Shown: positions 17,670 through 30,977, counted from the stretch's first letter. The stretch is DNA of 64,000 nt from Eledone cirrhosa (GCA_964016885.1 OZ024754.1:3224001-3288000); one strand, 5' to 3'. Translations and numbers: made by a program. The notes: generated from the sequence alone by a model not told the origin.

Positions 17670-17917
17670 TGGTATGTATATATATAATATGAATAGTGAA
17701 GATTGTAAAAATAGATTAGCCTTAACAATAACAAAGATTCTTTCCTACATAGTTTTATCATTTGAACAAATCTAGTCAAATATTTGAATGTTCTCTTGAA
17801 ATGTTTTTTTTAAAGAAAGACATTTATCACAATAACAGAACAATTGCTGTTTGGAAGAGTCTGGAAGAGGCATTCTATCCTTTTAAAAATGCATATAAAA
17901 AAACAATTGTTAATTTT

Positions 17918-18770
17918 ACCACCACCACCACCACCACTATCACCACTATCACCACTATCACCACCACCATCACCACTATCACCACCACCACCACCATCAC
18001 CATCATCCCCATCACCACCATCATCCCCATTATTACCATCACCATCACCACCACATCACCATCACCACCACCATCACCACCACCACCATCATCATCACCA
18101 CCATTATCCCAGACATAGCTTATTTCTCATTACTCATTCTTCGATGTTTGTCATACATCAATATATTTTAATCTCATTCATCAATCACCATTATCAATCA
18201 CTGTCATCAATACCGCTACCATTTAGCTATAACAATAAATTACCATTAAATATTTAATGATTAATCAGTCACCAACATTATGACAACCATTGCTCAAGTA
18301 CAAAACTTACCGACCTACCACCACCATCGCCACCACTATCACCACCATTACCACCACTGTCACCACCACCACCACTGCCACCACCTCTATCATCAGTATT
18401 GTCACCATTACCACTACTGTCACCATCACCAATACTGCCACCACCACTATCATCACTATTGTCACCACCACCACCACCACCACCACTGCCACCACCACTA
18501 TCATCACTATTGTCACCACCACCACCACCACCACTGCCACCACCACTATCATCACTATTGTCACCATTACCACCACTGCCACCACCACTATCATCAGCAC
18601 TGTCACCATCACCACCGCTGCCACCACCACTATCACCATCACCACCACTGCCACCATCACCACAACCATCACCACCACCAACAACATCACTACCACCATT
18701 ATCACCACTGCCACCATCACTACCACCATCACCAACAACACTACAACCTCTACCACCTCTACCCCCACCA
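17918..18770. repeat. Degenerate (ACC/ATC)n trinucleotide repeat blocks
   Basis: Direct inspection; gives Thr/His/Pro/Gly/Val-rich frames. Confidence 0.85.
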
Positions 18771-20095
18771 CATTGTTTCCTTGGTCTGATTTGACAAGTT
18801 CCACACTTCTCAATTGATTCCCTCACATCAGTACAGCAACACATTAGTAGTGAGGGATGGGGAGAGTGAGAAAGGCAGAGACAGAGAGTGGGAGGCAGAG
18901 AAGGCGAGAGAGGGAGGCAGATAGTGAAAGAGAGGGAGAGTGAGAGAGACAGAGGTAGAGTGAGAGAGACAGAGGTAGTGTGAGAGAGACAGAGGGAGAG
19001 AGAGAGAGACAGAGGTAGAGAGAGAAAGAGAGGGAGAACATCTATACTTATTTATTTATTTATTTGTATCAGTCTGTCGTGGACAACTCCATAGAACAAT
19101 GTCAGAACAATAGTTAGATTGACAGCACCAAGAGAAAATACATAAGCCACACATCTCCTACAACACAGATACCAAAAACAGCCTGGTTATAGCTGTTATA
19201 TAGAGGTACCAAAAACAGCCTGGTTATAGCTGTTATTTACAGCTACCAAAAACAGCCTGGTTATAGCTGTTATATAGAGGTACCAAAAACAGCCTGGTTA
19301 TAGCTGTTATTGTTAATCTCTAGGTCATCACTGATCAAGCAACCCTTTGACCGAATACTTTCCCCCCATCATCGAAGATCCCTTTTTTTCTGTATATCTA
19401 CGACTACATTGTCCAATGCATCCTTCGTATTTTAAGCAGTAAAGTAATTTAAAAGAATTTGGTTGTTATTTCTAGCAGATTAAGCAACCACATACAGGCA
19501 CCACCATTGACTCATGACTACATATGATTTTTTTTGTGTTTATCTTTATTACAATAATTGGTAGAGTGTCGGGCATCCTGCTTCATGGCATATAGTTACA
19601 ACCCTTTATGTTCTGAGTTCAAATCCCACCGAGGTTAGCTTTGCCTTTCATCCTTACAGGCTTGATAAATTAAAGTACCAGTAATGCACTGGCGTCGATT
19701 TAATCTACTCCCCTCCTCCTAAAAATGGTTGGCCTTGTGCCTAAATCAAAACCCATTATATTTTAATAAACATCTGTAAACCCAATGTGATATTTGTAGG
19801 ACAAGGATAAATATTCATTCTTGTATTGATTCAAACAAGGGTTTGAAACTATATACACAACCATTTCATATATATCTGGCCTTGAATTGCTCAGTGGGAA
19901 ATACTATTTAATGGTTAGTAACAATAACTGGTAATCTAGGTCCTGCGTGCAGGCAAACACTTACACAAAGACAATTGGTTGCATAACCTAACCCCAATAT
20001 ATATATATATATATATATATAGGTTCAGACAACAGAGTAAAACAACTATATGTTTGGCAAAGTAAGGCTTATATATATATATACATATATATATA

Positions 20096-20141
<46 letters not shown>

Positions 20142-21286
20142 TATATATAATATATAATATGTATATATATATAGAGAGAGAGAGAGCAGAAGCCTAAACT
20201 AGCCAAAAGCACACAAGACAAAATACAATTCCTAAATTAAATAAAACTTAAAACTAAAACCATAAAACCACAACAGAAGAACCAATTAGACCCAAAAACT
20301 TTCAAAAGGAACCTTCGTCTACTCTAGTCGGGGGTAAATTGTGGCCCATTTGGCTCTCTGAATGGCACACCTGATTTCAAAATTGCCTTGAATCTTTTAG
20401 TAGTCTGACCCACCTTATAATGAGCCACATACTATGTGGCCTACTGCTAAAAAATGGTTGCCCATGCCTGCTCTACACAGTATCAGAGGCATGTTACAAT
20501 ATATATATATATATAAGCAAGTATTGCACCAAGAAAAATATAAACATATGTTTCTGTGTTATTATAATGGTCTACATATGCTGACTACAATATATAAATT
20601 ATATATATATATATAATCTTTACTTACATAACCCTTTTCAATAACAAAATACAGTGAACCATATATATTAACATACATTATCTACAAATTACAACAAGGC
20701 TATAAATATATATGTGGGTATATATAAGTATATATATATCATCGTCATCATCATCATCGTTTAATATCCATTTTCCATGCTAATATGGGTTATATATATT
20801 CAATAGAGTTACAAACAAATTCTGCCAGTCCAGTTTCTTTTAACAAGGCTTGGATTGAGATGAGACTGTTTGTTACAAATGACACTTGTTCATGATGTCA
20901 TGTAATGGGGTCACACCGAAGATCTAATAGTTTTGTAGTGGACTTATTAACCATTCTGCATCCATACTTTGTACAATGCCACAGCAAATATGTGTAGTAT
21001 TGTACTTTATACAAAATCATACGACAACTTAACAAATAACATAATAGATCAACACACATGACATAAATTGGCATCAGTCTAGCAACTTAAACACTTGAAA
21101 ATCCCCTCCTTATAACACTCAGCTAAAGGCGGTACACAATTATATTATTTTAGGCCACTGCACATTTCTGCTTCTTATATGTTTTTCTTTTTAAAAAGTT
21201 AAAAATGGAATTGTTTCCATATAAACTGGGGATATTCATTTTTATTTTGTCTCTTTTTCTTTATTTTTCTTATATTTTTTCTTCAG

Positions 21287-21513
21287 AAACTTCCCCTTGT
21301 ATGTAATGTATATATAGATCAGAGAAACACGAGAAGATGTGTTGACAGCCACAAGGACTTTAATTGTTGCAGACGACATTGGTCAGCCATTCTTAGAGTT
21401 GTGGCTGGCAGTAATCCAGCACCAATAGTAAATGTGACATCATCAATGTCTTCTGTTATTGTAGCCAATGAACATCTAACAGATACTGCCTTTGTTTATG
21501 AAGCAGAAATAAG
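21287..21513 (+). CDS. Repeat exon A1 (KLPLVCNVYIDQRNTRRCVDSHKDFNCCRRHWSAILRVVAGSNPAPIVNVTSSMSSVIVANEHLTDTAFVYEAEI)
   Basis: cttcag acceptor, AAG|gtaagt donor; in-frame 15-nt deletion relative to A2-A4. Confidence 0.78.
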
Positions 21514-24500
21514 GTAAGTAGTGAAATCATTTATATATTTGATATCACAATTTTTATAGGACTCAAGTGATATTTAGTAGAAATAGAAGCTTTCGCTGTA
21601 ATTTAGCCTGATAGTAGGGTTTAAAACCCTCTAAATTTAGCCTGATAGTGGAGTTTAAAACCCTCTAAATTTAGCCGGATAGTGGGGTTTAAAATGCTCT
21701 AAAAATGAAAAAGAATGAGTACTAACGTACATGCTTTTACATTGGGGTTTTAATCCCACTATCAGGCTAAATTTCTTTAGTTAATTTACCAAATTAATGT
21801 TTCAGTAACAAGTGCTGCGTGACAACCGACACAATTCATGTTGTTGATGCCAAGAACCAAACAGGGAACTGTACGTTGACCATCATTCGAGATTCCACAG
21901 ATATCACCACAACCTGTGAGGTTTGTATCATTATCTGATAATATTTTATTATCTGTGAAGACATGTGTTAATAGTTAGGGTATTCAGATGGAGATTTATG
22001 GTTGTTTTTTTATATCTTTTTAAATAGTTTAAAATAGAATTGTTTCCATAAAAACTGTGAATCTTCAGTTTTATTTTGTTTATGTTACCTTTTTTTAAAA
22101 TTTTTCTTATATTTTTTTCTCCAGAAACTTCCACCCAAGAAAGTTCCCCTTGTATGTAATGTATATACAAATGGGAGAAACACAAGAAGATGTGTAGACA
22201 GTCACAAGGACTCTAATTGTTGCAGACGGCATTGGTCGACCATTATTAAAGTTGTGGCTGGCAGTAATCCAGCACCAATTGTAAATGTGACATCATCAAT
22301 GTCTTCTGCTATTGTAGCCAATGAACATCTAACAGATACTGCCTTTGTTTATGAAGCAGAAATAAGGTAAGTAGTGAAATCATTTATATATTTGATATCA
22401 AATAATTTATATATTTGATATCACAATTTTTATAGGACTCAAGTGTTATCTTATAATAGCTACTTAATATTTAGTAGAAATAGAGGCTTTCGCTGTATTT
22501 TTGACTAAAGAAATTTAGCTTGATAGTGGGGTTTAAGACCCTCTAAAAATGGAAAAAGATGAGTATTGATGTACATCCTTTTCCATTGAGGTTTTTAATC
22601 CCACTATCAGGCTAAATTTCTTTAGTCAAAAATACGGCGAAAGCTTCTATTTCTACTAAATTTCAAACTTCACTCGTCTTCAAAACAAATGCTAGCTACT
22701 TAATATATTTTTTACATGATAAATAAGATAAAGAAATGATTTCTCAAAATCAATAATTTACCAAATTAATGTTTCAGTAACAAGTGCTGTGTGACAACTG
22801 ACACAATTCATGTTGTTGATGCCAAGAACCAAACAGGGAAATGTATGTTGTCCATTATTCCAGATTCCACAAATATCACCACAACCTGTAAGGTTTGTAT
22901 CATTATCTGATAATAGTTTATTATCTGTGAAGACATGGCTTAATAGTTAGGGTATTCAGATGGAGATTGAGACAAGGACTCTACAAAAGTAGATTTGAAA
23001 ATAATTTCAATATAAAAACAAAATTTAAATATTAAGTTCCTATTGGTTAATTCCTCGATATACACTTTCTTGGGAAGAGAGGAGGAAGAACGAAACATTT
23101 AGTTTATAGAGGGTGTTCGAGATGTTTGAAGAAGCTGGGCTGCTGGCAATGAGGTTCTTGTTATTGTTAGCAGTTCACCTGACCAATGTATCCGGTGATA
23201 CCCATGAAGGTGCTTGGCTATTCCAGCACCTTAGCCACGCTATCATCCACAGCAATTCTGCAAAACTTATCAGAATGAATTTCCAGCACCATTTATTGTG
23301 GTGTGTGATTGAGTGTGAAGCTTTCCTCATCCTCATTCTTTATTACACCCTCCCTTTATCATTTCTTTTCTTTAATACTGTATGTGTGAGTGTGTGGGTG
23401 TGTATATGTGTGTGTGATTGTGTATGTGTGAGAGTGTGAGCATGTGTCTGTGAAAATTATATTATTTTAAGCAACTGCTCATTTTTGGTTCTTTTAACTT
23501 TTTCTTTTTAAATAATTTAAAATAGAATTGTTTCCTTTAAACTGGGAATATTAGTTTTATTATTTTTTTAATTTATTTTCCTTCTTTTTTTTCTCCAGAA
23601 ACTTCCACCCAAGAAAGTTCCCCTTGTATGTAATGTATATATAGATCAGAGAAGCACGAGAAGATGTGTTGACAGCCACAAGGACTTTAACTGTTGCAGA
23701 CGATATTGGTCAGCCATTCTTAGAGTTGTGGCTGGCAGTAATCCAGCACCAATAGTAAATGTGACATCATCAATGTCTTCTGCTATTGTAGCCAATGAAT
23801 ATCTAACAGATACTGCCTTTGTTTATGAAGCAGAAATAAGGTAAATAGTGAAATAATTTATATATTTGATATCACAATTTTTATAGGACTCAAGTGATAT
23901 TAAGTAGCTAGCGTTTGTTTTGAAGACAACGAGTGGAGTTTGAAATTTAGTAGTAATAGAAGCTTTTGCCGTATTTTTAACTAAAGAAATTTAGCCTGAT
24001 AGTGGGGTTTAAAACCCTCTAAATTTAGCCGGATAGTGGGGTTTAAAATGCTCTAAAAATGAGAAAGGATGGGTACTAACGTACATGCTTTTCCATTGGG
24101 GTTTTAATCCCACTATCAGGCTAAATTTCTTTAGTTAAAAATACAGCAAAAGCTTTTATTTCTACTAAATTTCAAACTCCACTCGTTGTCTTCAAAACCA
24201 ACGCTAGCTACTTAATATATTTTTTACATGATAAATAAGATAAAGAAATAATTTTTCAAAATCAATAATTTACCAAATTAATGTTTCAGTAACAAGTGCT
24301 GCGTGACAACCGACACAATTCATGTTGTTGATGCCAAGAACCAAACAGGGAACTGTACGTTGACCATCATTCGAGATTCCACAGATATCACCACAACCTG
24401 TGAGGTTTGTATCATTATCTGATAATATTTTATTATCTGTGAAGACATGTGTTAATAGTTAGGGTATTCAGATTGAGATTTATGGTTCTTTTAACTTTTT

Positions 24501-26003
24501 TCTTTTTAAATAGTTTAAAATAGAATTGTTTCCATAAAAACTGGGAATCTTCAGTTTTATTTGTTTTTGTTACTTTTTTAAAAATTTTTCTTATATTTTT
24601 TCTCCAGAAACTTCCACCCAAGAAAGTTCCCCTTGTATGTAATGTATATACAAATAGTAGAAACACAAGAAGATGTGTAGACAGTCACAAGGACTCTAAT
24701 TGTTGCAGACGGCATTGGTCGACCATTATTAAAGTTGTGGCTGGCAGTAATCCAGCACCAATTGTAAATGTGACGTCATCAATGTCTTCTGCTATTGTAG
24801 CCAATGAACATCTAACAGATACTGCCTTTGTTTATGAAGCAGAAATAAGGTAAGTAGTGAAATTATTTATATATTTGATATCAAAAAATTTATATAGGAC
24901 TTAACCCTTTAGCATTTGCATTACTCTATATATATACTATTGTATTTTCATGGTAAACACTGTTTCTCATAACTGTCACACATAATATCGAATCTACGAG
25001 ATTTTGGCATCATTTATTTTGACAGCAATACCTTAACATAATTATGAGCAGCCAGTTGTGCCAGTTATGTCCTGATTTCAAATCCACTGGCCTCAACTTT
25101 TCCTTTCATTCTCCCAGTGTCGATTAAATAAAGTACCAGTTGAGTACTGGGGTTGATTTAATCAACTTTGCCCTTCCCCCAAATTTTCTGGCCTTGCGCC
25201 TAGATTAGAAATCAATAATTTTTCCTAAAAAGTGTTACCTTTATTTATTCAATAAATGCTTAAATAATTTATATAAAGTCCTGAATGATTCTCAAAATTA
25301 ATAATTTACCAAATTAATGTTTCAGTAACAAATGCTGTGTGACAACCGACACAATTCATGTGGTTGATGCCAAGAACCAAATAGGGAAATGTTCGTTGAC
25401 CATCATTCGAGATTCTGTAAATATCACCACAACCTGCCAGGTTTGTATATCATCTGATAATATTTTATTATCTTTGAAGGCATAGCTTAGTGGTTAGGGT
25501 ATTCAGTTCTCGATCATAACACTGTAAGTTCAATTCCTGGAGGCGCATTGTGTCCTTGAACAAGTCATTTGATTTCATGTTCTTCTAGTCTGCTCAAGCA
25601 GCCTTGTTATGGCCTGTATAATGTTGAATTTCCCTGAGAATTACATTATGGGTACACGTCTGTGGAATGCTCAGCCACTTACGTGTTTATTTCATGAACA
25701 GGCTGTTCCATAGATCAAATCAACTGGAACACTCATCGTCAGAATCGACTGAGGTCCAACACATACACATTTTATCATCCTAGAAAATAAACACATCATA
25801 AAGGGCCGTAACCCTATGCCATACAGCATGTTGTCTGACGCTCTACCGATACTGTCCTAAATATAATATAAAACAATACTTCTTTATCATTTCAGCTTGT
25901 GGAGAGAGAATACCAGTCGCACAACAAACAACCAAATCTACTCCACAATACAGTCACCATACTAGTCTGTCTTTTACTGATGTCGGTATTCTATCAGATC
26001 TAA
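21287..26003 (+). CDS. 5'-partial gene for an extracellular, probably GPI-anchored protein with four tandem Cys-rich ~119-aa domains (VWA7 C-terminal-like): join(21287-21513,21806-21920,22125-22366,22778-22892,23599-23840,24290-24404,24608-24849,25326-25440,25896-26003)
   Basis: All nine exons have polypyrimidine-cag acceptors; the first eight have gtaa/gttt donors. A exons are phase 0->2 and B exons phase 2->0. The 1521-nt join is stop-free and ends ...NTVTILVCLLLMSVFYQI-TAA, with AATAAA at 26025. Confidence 0.8.
21806..21920 (+). CDS. Repeat exon B1 (NKCCVTTDTIHVVDAKNQTGNCTLTIIRDSTDITTTCE)
   Basis: gtttcag acceptor, GAG|gtttgt donor, 115 nt. Confidence 0.78.
22125..22366 (+). CDS. Repeat exon A2
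   Basis: 242 nt, ctccag/gtaagt, open frame KLPPKKVPLVCNVYTNGRNTRRC... Confidence 0.78.
22778..22892 (+). CDS. Repeat exon B2
   Basis: 115 nt, open frame NKCC...GKCMLSIIPDSTNITTTCK. Confidence 0.78.
23050..23335 (+). mobile_element. CRE-clade non-LTR retrotransposon 3' end (RLE domain), degenerate
   Basis: GDTHEGAWLFQHLSHAIIHSNSA resembles the CRE C-terminal GDPREGAWLFQRLSIAIxRGNA pattern; homologous to 33410-33800. Confidence 0.6.
23599..23840 (+). CDS. Repeat exon A3
   Basis: 242 nt, ctccag/gtaaat, open frame, A1-like sequence. Confidence 0.78.
23897..24218. mobile_element. Fold-back MITE in intron A3-B3 (deleted derivatives in introns A1-B1 and A2-B2)
   Basis: ~110-bp inverted arms atattaagtagctagcg...gcctgatagtggg / cccactatcaggc...gctagctacttaatat. 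Confidence 0.7.
24290..24404 (+). CDS. Repeat exon B3
   Basis: 115 nt, essentially identical to B1. Confidence 0.78.
24608..24849 (+). CDS. Repeat exon A4
   Basis: 242 nt, ctccag/gtaagt, open frame, A2-like sequence. Confidence 0.78.
25326..25440 (+). CDS. Repeat exon B4
   Basis: 115 nt, NKCC...GKCSLTIIRDSVNITTTCQ|gtttgt. Confidence 0.78.
25476..25760 (+). mobile_element. tRNA/CORE-type SINE in last intron of the repeat gene
   Basis: A-box tagcttagtgg, B-box aagttcaattcc, gtgtccttgaacaagtc. Confidence 0.6.
25896..26003 (+). CDS. Terminal exon with GPI-anchor-like hydrophobic tail (LVEREYQSHNKQPNLLHNTVTILVCLLLMSVFYQI*)
   Basis: tctttatcatttcag acceptor, phase 0, TAA at 26001-26003, AATAAA about 20 nt downstream. 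Confidence 0.75.
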   Translation, partial: LVEREYQSHNKQPNLLHNTVTILVCLLLMSVFYQI

Positions 26004-26246
26004 AAATCAAACAAATAGACAAACAATAAATTGAATGATCTTAGAATCAAGCTGCCAAGATTCCAGGCAGATTCTTTATAATTTAAAATGAAACTATCAG
26101 GGAAACTTGATAATCCACTCCCACTCCATAACAGACTTCGGTCTTGCCTGGAAGCTTTGCTTTGCTGCTTCTTTCACTGAAAATCATATATATATATATA
26201 TATATATCTATATATATATATATATATTATATATATATATATATAT

Positions 26247-26277
<31 letters not shown>

Positions 26278-26559
26278 CATTATATATATATTATATATAT
26301 CATATATATATTATATATATTTTATATATATATCATATATATTATATATATATGAATGAGTGAGGATCCCAATGGGATTCTTATAACCATACTCTACTAC
26401 CCTAAGTATCGAGTACTCTGGTGAGTAATGGTCTAACTAGTTTCTTACGGAATCCATCCCGATATATGTATATATATAATATATAAGAACAAACTGTAGA
26501 GTGCTTCTTATCCGATATCTGCATTGCTTTATTGTACTACAATAAAACTCACCTCCTAC

Positions 26560-26593
<34 letters not shown>

Positions 26594-27029
26594 TTATATA
26601 TATATATATATGTGTGTCTGAGTCTGTGTGTGCATCTGTATGTCTGTGTCTGTATGTGAGTCTGTGTGTGTGTGTATGTCTGTGTGTGTCTGTGTCTATG
26701 TGAGTCTGTTTGTGTGTGTCTGTGTCTCTGTGAGTGTGTGTGTGCATCTGTATGTCTGTGTCTGTATGTGAGTCCGTGTATGTGTGTTTGTGTTTATGTG
26801 TGTCTGTGTGTATGTGTATACAGTGAATCTTTCACAGGTTGAATTTATATTTTATATTCATTAGAATTTACATCAGCTTCAACATAATTTCACACAGATT
26901 TCATTTTTTAATCTTTAAAGTTTTTATCTTAATGTTTAAATGGTTCAGCATTTTTCCTCTCGGCCATGTCTTCTGGTTCAATACAAAGAAATTTTCAATA
27001 AAACCTTCCCTTTAAAATCTTTTTCACCT

Positions 27030-27365
27030 TTAATAAAGTACACTCTGTTCCAAGTACTTTTTTTTTGCCTTAACAGAGTACACTGTATTCCAAGTAATCT
27101 TTGTCACTTTGAACAAAGTACATTGTACTCCAAATAATCCTTGTCACCTTTAATAAAGTACAGTGTACTCCTACTAATCCATCACCTTTAATAAAGTACA
27201 CTCTATTCCAAGTAACCTTTGTTACCTACAACAAAGTACACTGTATTCCAAGTAATCCTTGTTACCTCTAACAGAGTACACTGTACTCCAAGTAATCCTT
27301 GTTACCTCTAACAGAATACACTCTGTTCCAAGTAACCTTTAACACCATATACTGTATTCCAAGAA
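27030..27365. repeat. ~41-bp minisatellite (aaagtacactgtattccaagtaatccttgttacct...)
   Basis: About 8 diverged units. Confidence 0.8.
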
Positions 27366-28884
27366 CTCAAACCAAGTCCCCAGTTCTAAGGGTTACTGAA
27401 AATGGTGATGGACAGAATAACTTGCCCTACATCACATGGAGACAAACAAAGTCTTCAACGGTGACACAACCCCAATGCTACTCCACCTTCTCTAACAGGC
27501 CACCATCTCCCTATTCTCAATAAAAAAGCAGGTTATATGGTTGGGGAAACTAACCCCTTACAATGCAATAATTAACATGTTTAACAAAAGATTCAATGCT
27601 AAATTATTTCATGATCAACTTTGTGTGAATTCCTTTTATTTTCTAAAATATTGTCTCAGATTAAATAAAAAATTGAATAAAGAATTTATTTTAACAAATA
27701 GAGTTGTTTGTGTTCTTATTTTTTTGTTAATTTTGTTTGTTTTCTTTGAGAGAGAGTGGATTATCTCGACTTTAAACCCTTTATAGTACACACATACATA
27801 GGATTGGATTTAGACATTGTGGGGGCCAGGGCACCTCAGGTTTGGGGGAGGAGAGGAGGGAGGGGTTCATACACAAAACATTAGAATACATAGAACTCCC
27901 CCTCCCGCCCAATTTTATATATCAAATTTACTTTGGTGCAAGTTATTGGAGTTGAAAAGTTACACATACAAGTATTAAATTCAAACATTCTAACCATCCT
28001 AAAAGTAAAAAAAACCCAGCTGAGGGCACAAATAAATTTCTACGGCTGGCACTGGTGGTCCCCTTTGCCCCCATTAAATCCGGCCCTACACACATACAGA
28101 CATACATACACATAGAGTACGAGAGAAAGATCCACAGACTACTTGTAGACTATATACAATTTTATTTATTCTATACAACTACATTGTTTTAACAGGTTCA
28201 ATACAAACGTTTCATCGGGGAAAATATTTTAAATCACAACCAAGTTTCAACTTTACAAACATAATATTCACCAAACAGTAAAGAACATTGAAAACAAATT
28301 CTTTGATAGATGAGTTTAAAGAAGAAAAAAAAAATTGATAGATTTATCTGAACTACAGAGTATTTCAAACATGTGGGTCCCACAGGAAATATATTTTATG
28401 CTATGATTTCCGTTTAAAATTGATTTATTAATATTGTATTATGAAGACAGCAATAAAAAGAGATTCTCAAAAAAAAAAAAAAAAGTACCAAAAAAATAGG
28501 AATAGACTCTCTAATGTAAGGGAGATAACTCTAATTGTGTTATGTAATAATTGTTGGCGGTGATAGTAGTAATAGTAGTAGTGGTAGTAGTAGTAGTAGT
28601 GGCAGTAATAGTAGTAGTAGTAACGATGTCATTAGATGACAAAGATGAAAAGATGTGAGGTGACAAAGATGAGAGGATGTGAGATGACAAAAACAAAATG
28701 ATAAATGACAACGATGAGAATATACTAGATGACAAAGATGAGAAGATGTGAGATGACAAGACAAGATATTAGATGACAAAGATGAGAGGACTTGAGATGA
28801 TAAAAACAGATATAACAGCTTATTGAAAAGAATATAGCAGACAAGATTAAATATAAATAAACTCTGTTTTTATCATTCTACATA

Positions 28885-29170
28885 TTCCTCTTTCACACAA
28901 CCAAACACCAACCTAAATACTCCTCTTTCACACAACCAAACACCAACCTAAATACTCCTCTTTCACACAACCAAACACCAACCTAAACACCAACCTAAAT
29001 GCACCTCTTTCACACAACTAAACATCAACCTAAATGCACCTCTTTCACACATCTAAACACCAACCTAAACACAACTTACCACCAACCTAAATGCACCTCT
29101 TTCCCACACCTAAACACCATAATAAACACATCTAAACTCTTCTCTTTGAAATAACTAAACACCATAATAA
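28885..29170. repeat. ~35-bp minisatellite (cctctttcacacaaccaaacaccaacctaaatact)
   Basis: Direct inspection. Confidence 0.8.
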
Positions 29171-29604
29171 ACAACTACATTTCATAGGTCAATCTAATAA
29201 CCTGTTATATTTAATATTAAGCCATTAAAATAGACTACAATAATCTGTTAAACCAATGGAACTAGTCATTAAGCCACAGAAATAAAGTGGTTGAAGTTAG
29301 GAAGAGCATCCAGCCATAGAAACTATGATGAAAAGTGGGGGTCTTTAGTTATGTCAAGGACATGACAAGCTCCCCTAATGCTGGTGGATTAATAGAATGC
29401 ACCCAGTACTCTCTGTAAAGAGGCTAGCACTAAAAAAAGGGTCACCAAGCTGTAGAAGCTATGCCTAAAAAGGAACATATTTGAACAAGACATGGTCCCC
29501 CATGGCCTATCTAAGAGGAGAGTGGCACTAACTTAAGTAATGTCATGGTCTGTAATGACCCATCAAACCCATGCCAGCATGGAAAAGTGGGTGTAAAATG
29601 ACAG

Positions 29605-29642
<38 letters not shown>

Positions 29643-30701
29643 GGAAATGTTTCATAGAATGCTGTGGTGCCTTAATAATAATGTCACACTAATTCTCAAT
29701 AACAAACAAAGTAAAACATTCTAAATTCTTGTATTGATTTGGAAATGGTGAAAGGAAGGTCATCCAGACATAGAAAACTTGCCAAACAAAAAGCAGAGAG
29801 AACTCTTTAGTTTTGTCAAAGATAAGGGTGGCCTTTTTAAAGCTGGTATCATGATTAAATACACCCAGTACACTCTGTAAAGTGGTTGGTGATAGGAAGA
29901 GTATCCAGCTGTAGAAAAATTGTCAAACAAAGTGTAGCGAGAATTCTTCTGTCATGTTAATGACATTTTGACCTCTCCTAGTGCTGGTGCTACAATAAAA
30001 TGCACCCAGTACACTCTGTAAAGTGAAGGAAGGTATATAAGTGAGATGTGGCTCCTGGCCCATCTAAGAGATCATTGGCTTCAATTATGTATTGATTTGG
30101 TCAGTAACAACCTGTCTAACCCTTGCTAGCAGTTCTTCTCACAGTGTTTGGGTTGATTGGACAGCTAAGGTAAATAACACTTGCCCAAGATGTCACACAG
30201 CGGGTTTCAACTTACAACCTTACACTTGCAAAGCAAACTTCCTAACCATTAGGCCATACTACATCCATAACCCTTTAATTACATCTAGATAAATATAATA
30301 AATGGTTTTTCATGAGGCAAGAAAACAAAATCTCAAAAATTATTTTGAGATTAAGAGAACAACTAAATATATGTGGCCATTATATAGTTAGCTTTAATAA
30401 TATTACCATTTCTTGACTAGAGAATGTCTTGTAATAGACTAAACCTATATGAGACTGCTGTATGTTGTAAAACAGACTTCTATCTAGGATGATACTTCAT
30501 TTTCAAGCTCTGTATCATGGTTGTTTGGTAAGTCTTCATAATAAAAATATCACAACCAGTTCAGTAGAAAGAAACCCACCAAAATATGTGGGTTGGCAGG
30601 GTAGTAAAGAAATGTGATCAAATGGAAATACTAACAACAAAATAAATTAACAGTTGAAGACATGAGGGACATGGTAGTTGTTAGTGATCAGCACTTCTTA
30701 A

Positions 30702-30909
30702 CCCTTTAGCATTTAAACTGGCCATATCTTGGCCAGAATTCTCTCACCTCTTTCTGGTCAAACCGGCCATAACTGGCTGCTCATACTTATGTTAAGGTAT
30801 TGTTCTCAAAATACATAATATCAAATCTTGTAGATTCGATATTATGTGAGATAAAGTGTCTACTGTGAAAATACAATGGTAAATATAGAGTAATGTAAAT
30901 GCTAAAAGG
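30702..30909. mobile_element. TTAA-specific (piggyBac-like) MITE, ~210 bp
   Basis: TTAA-CCCTTTAGCATTTA...AAATGCTAAAAGG-TTAA; other copies at ~24901, 42826, 42930, 52260-52618, 53869 and 56747. Confidence 0.8.
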
Positions 30910-30977
30910 TTAAAGCTGACAGATCAAACTAACAACAAAATAATCAACAGTTGAAGACATGAGAGAGATGGTAAGTG

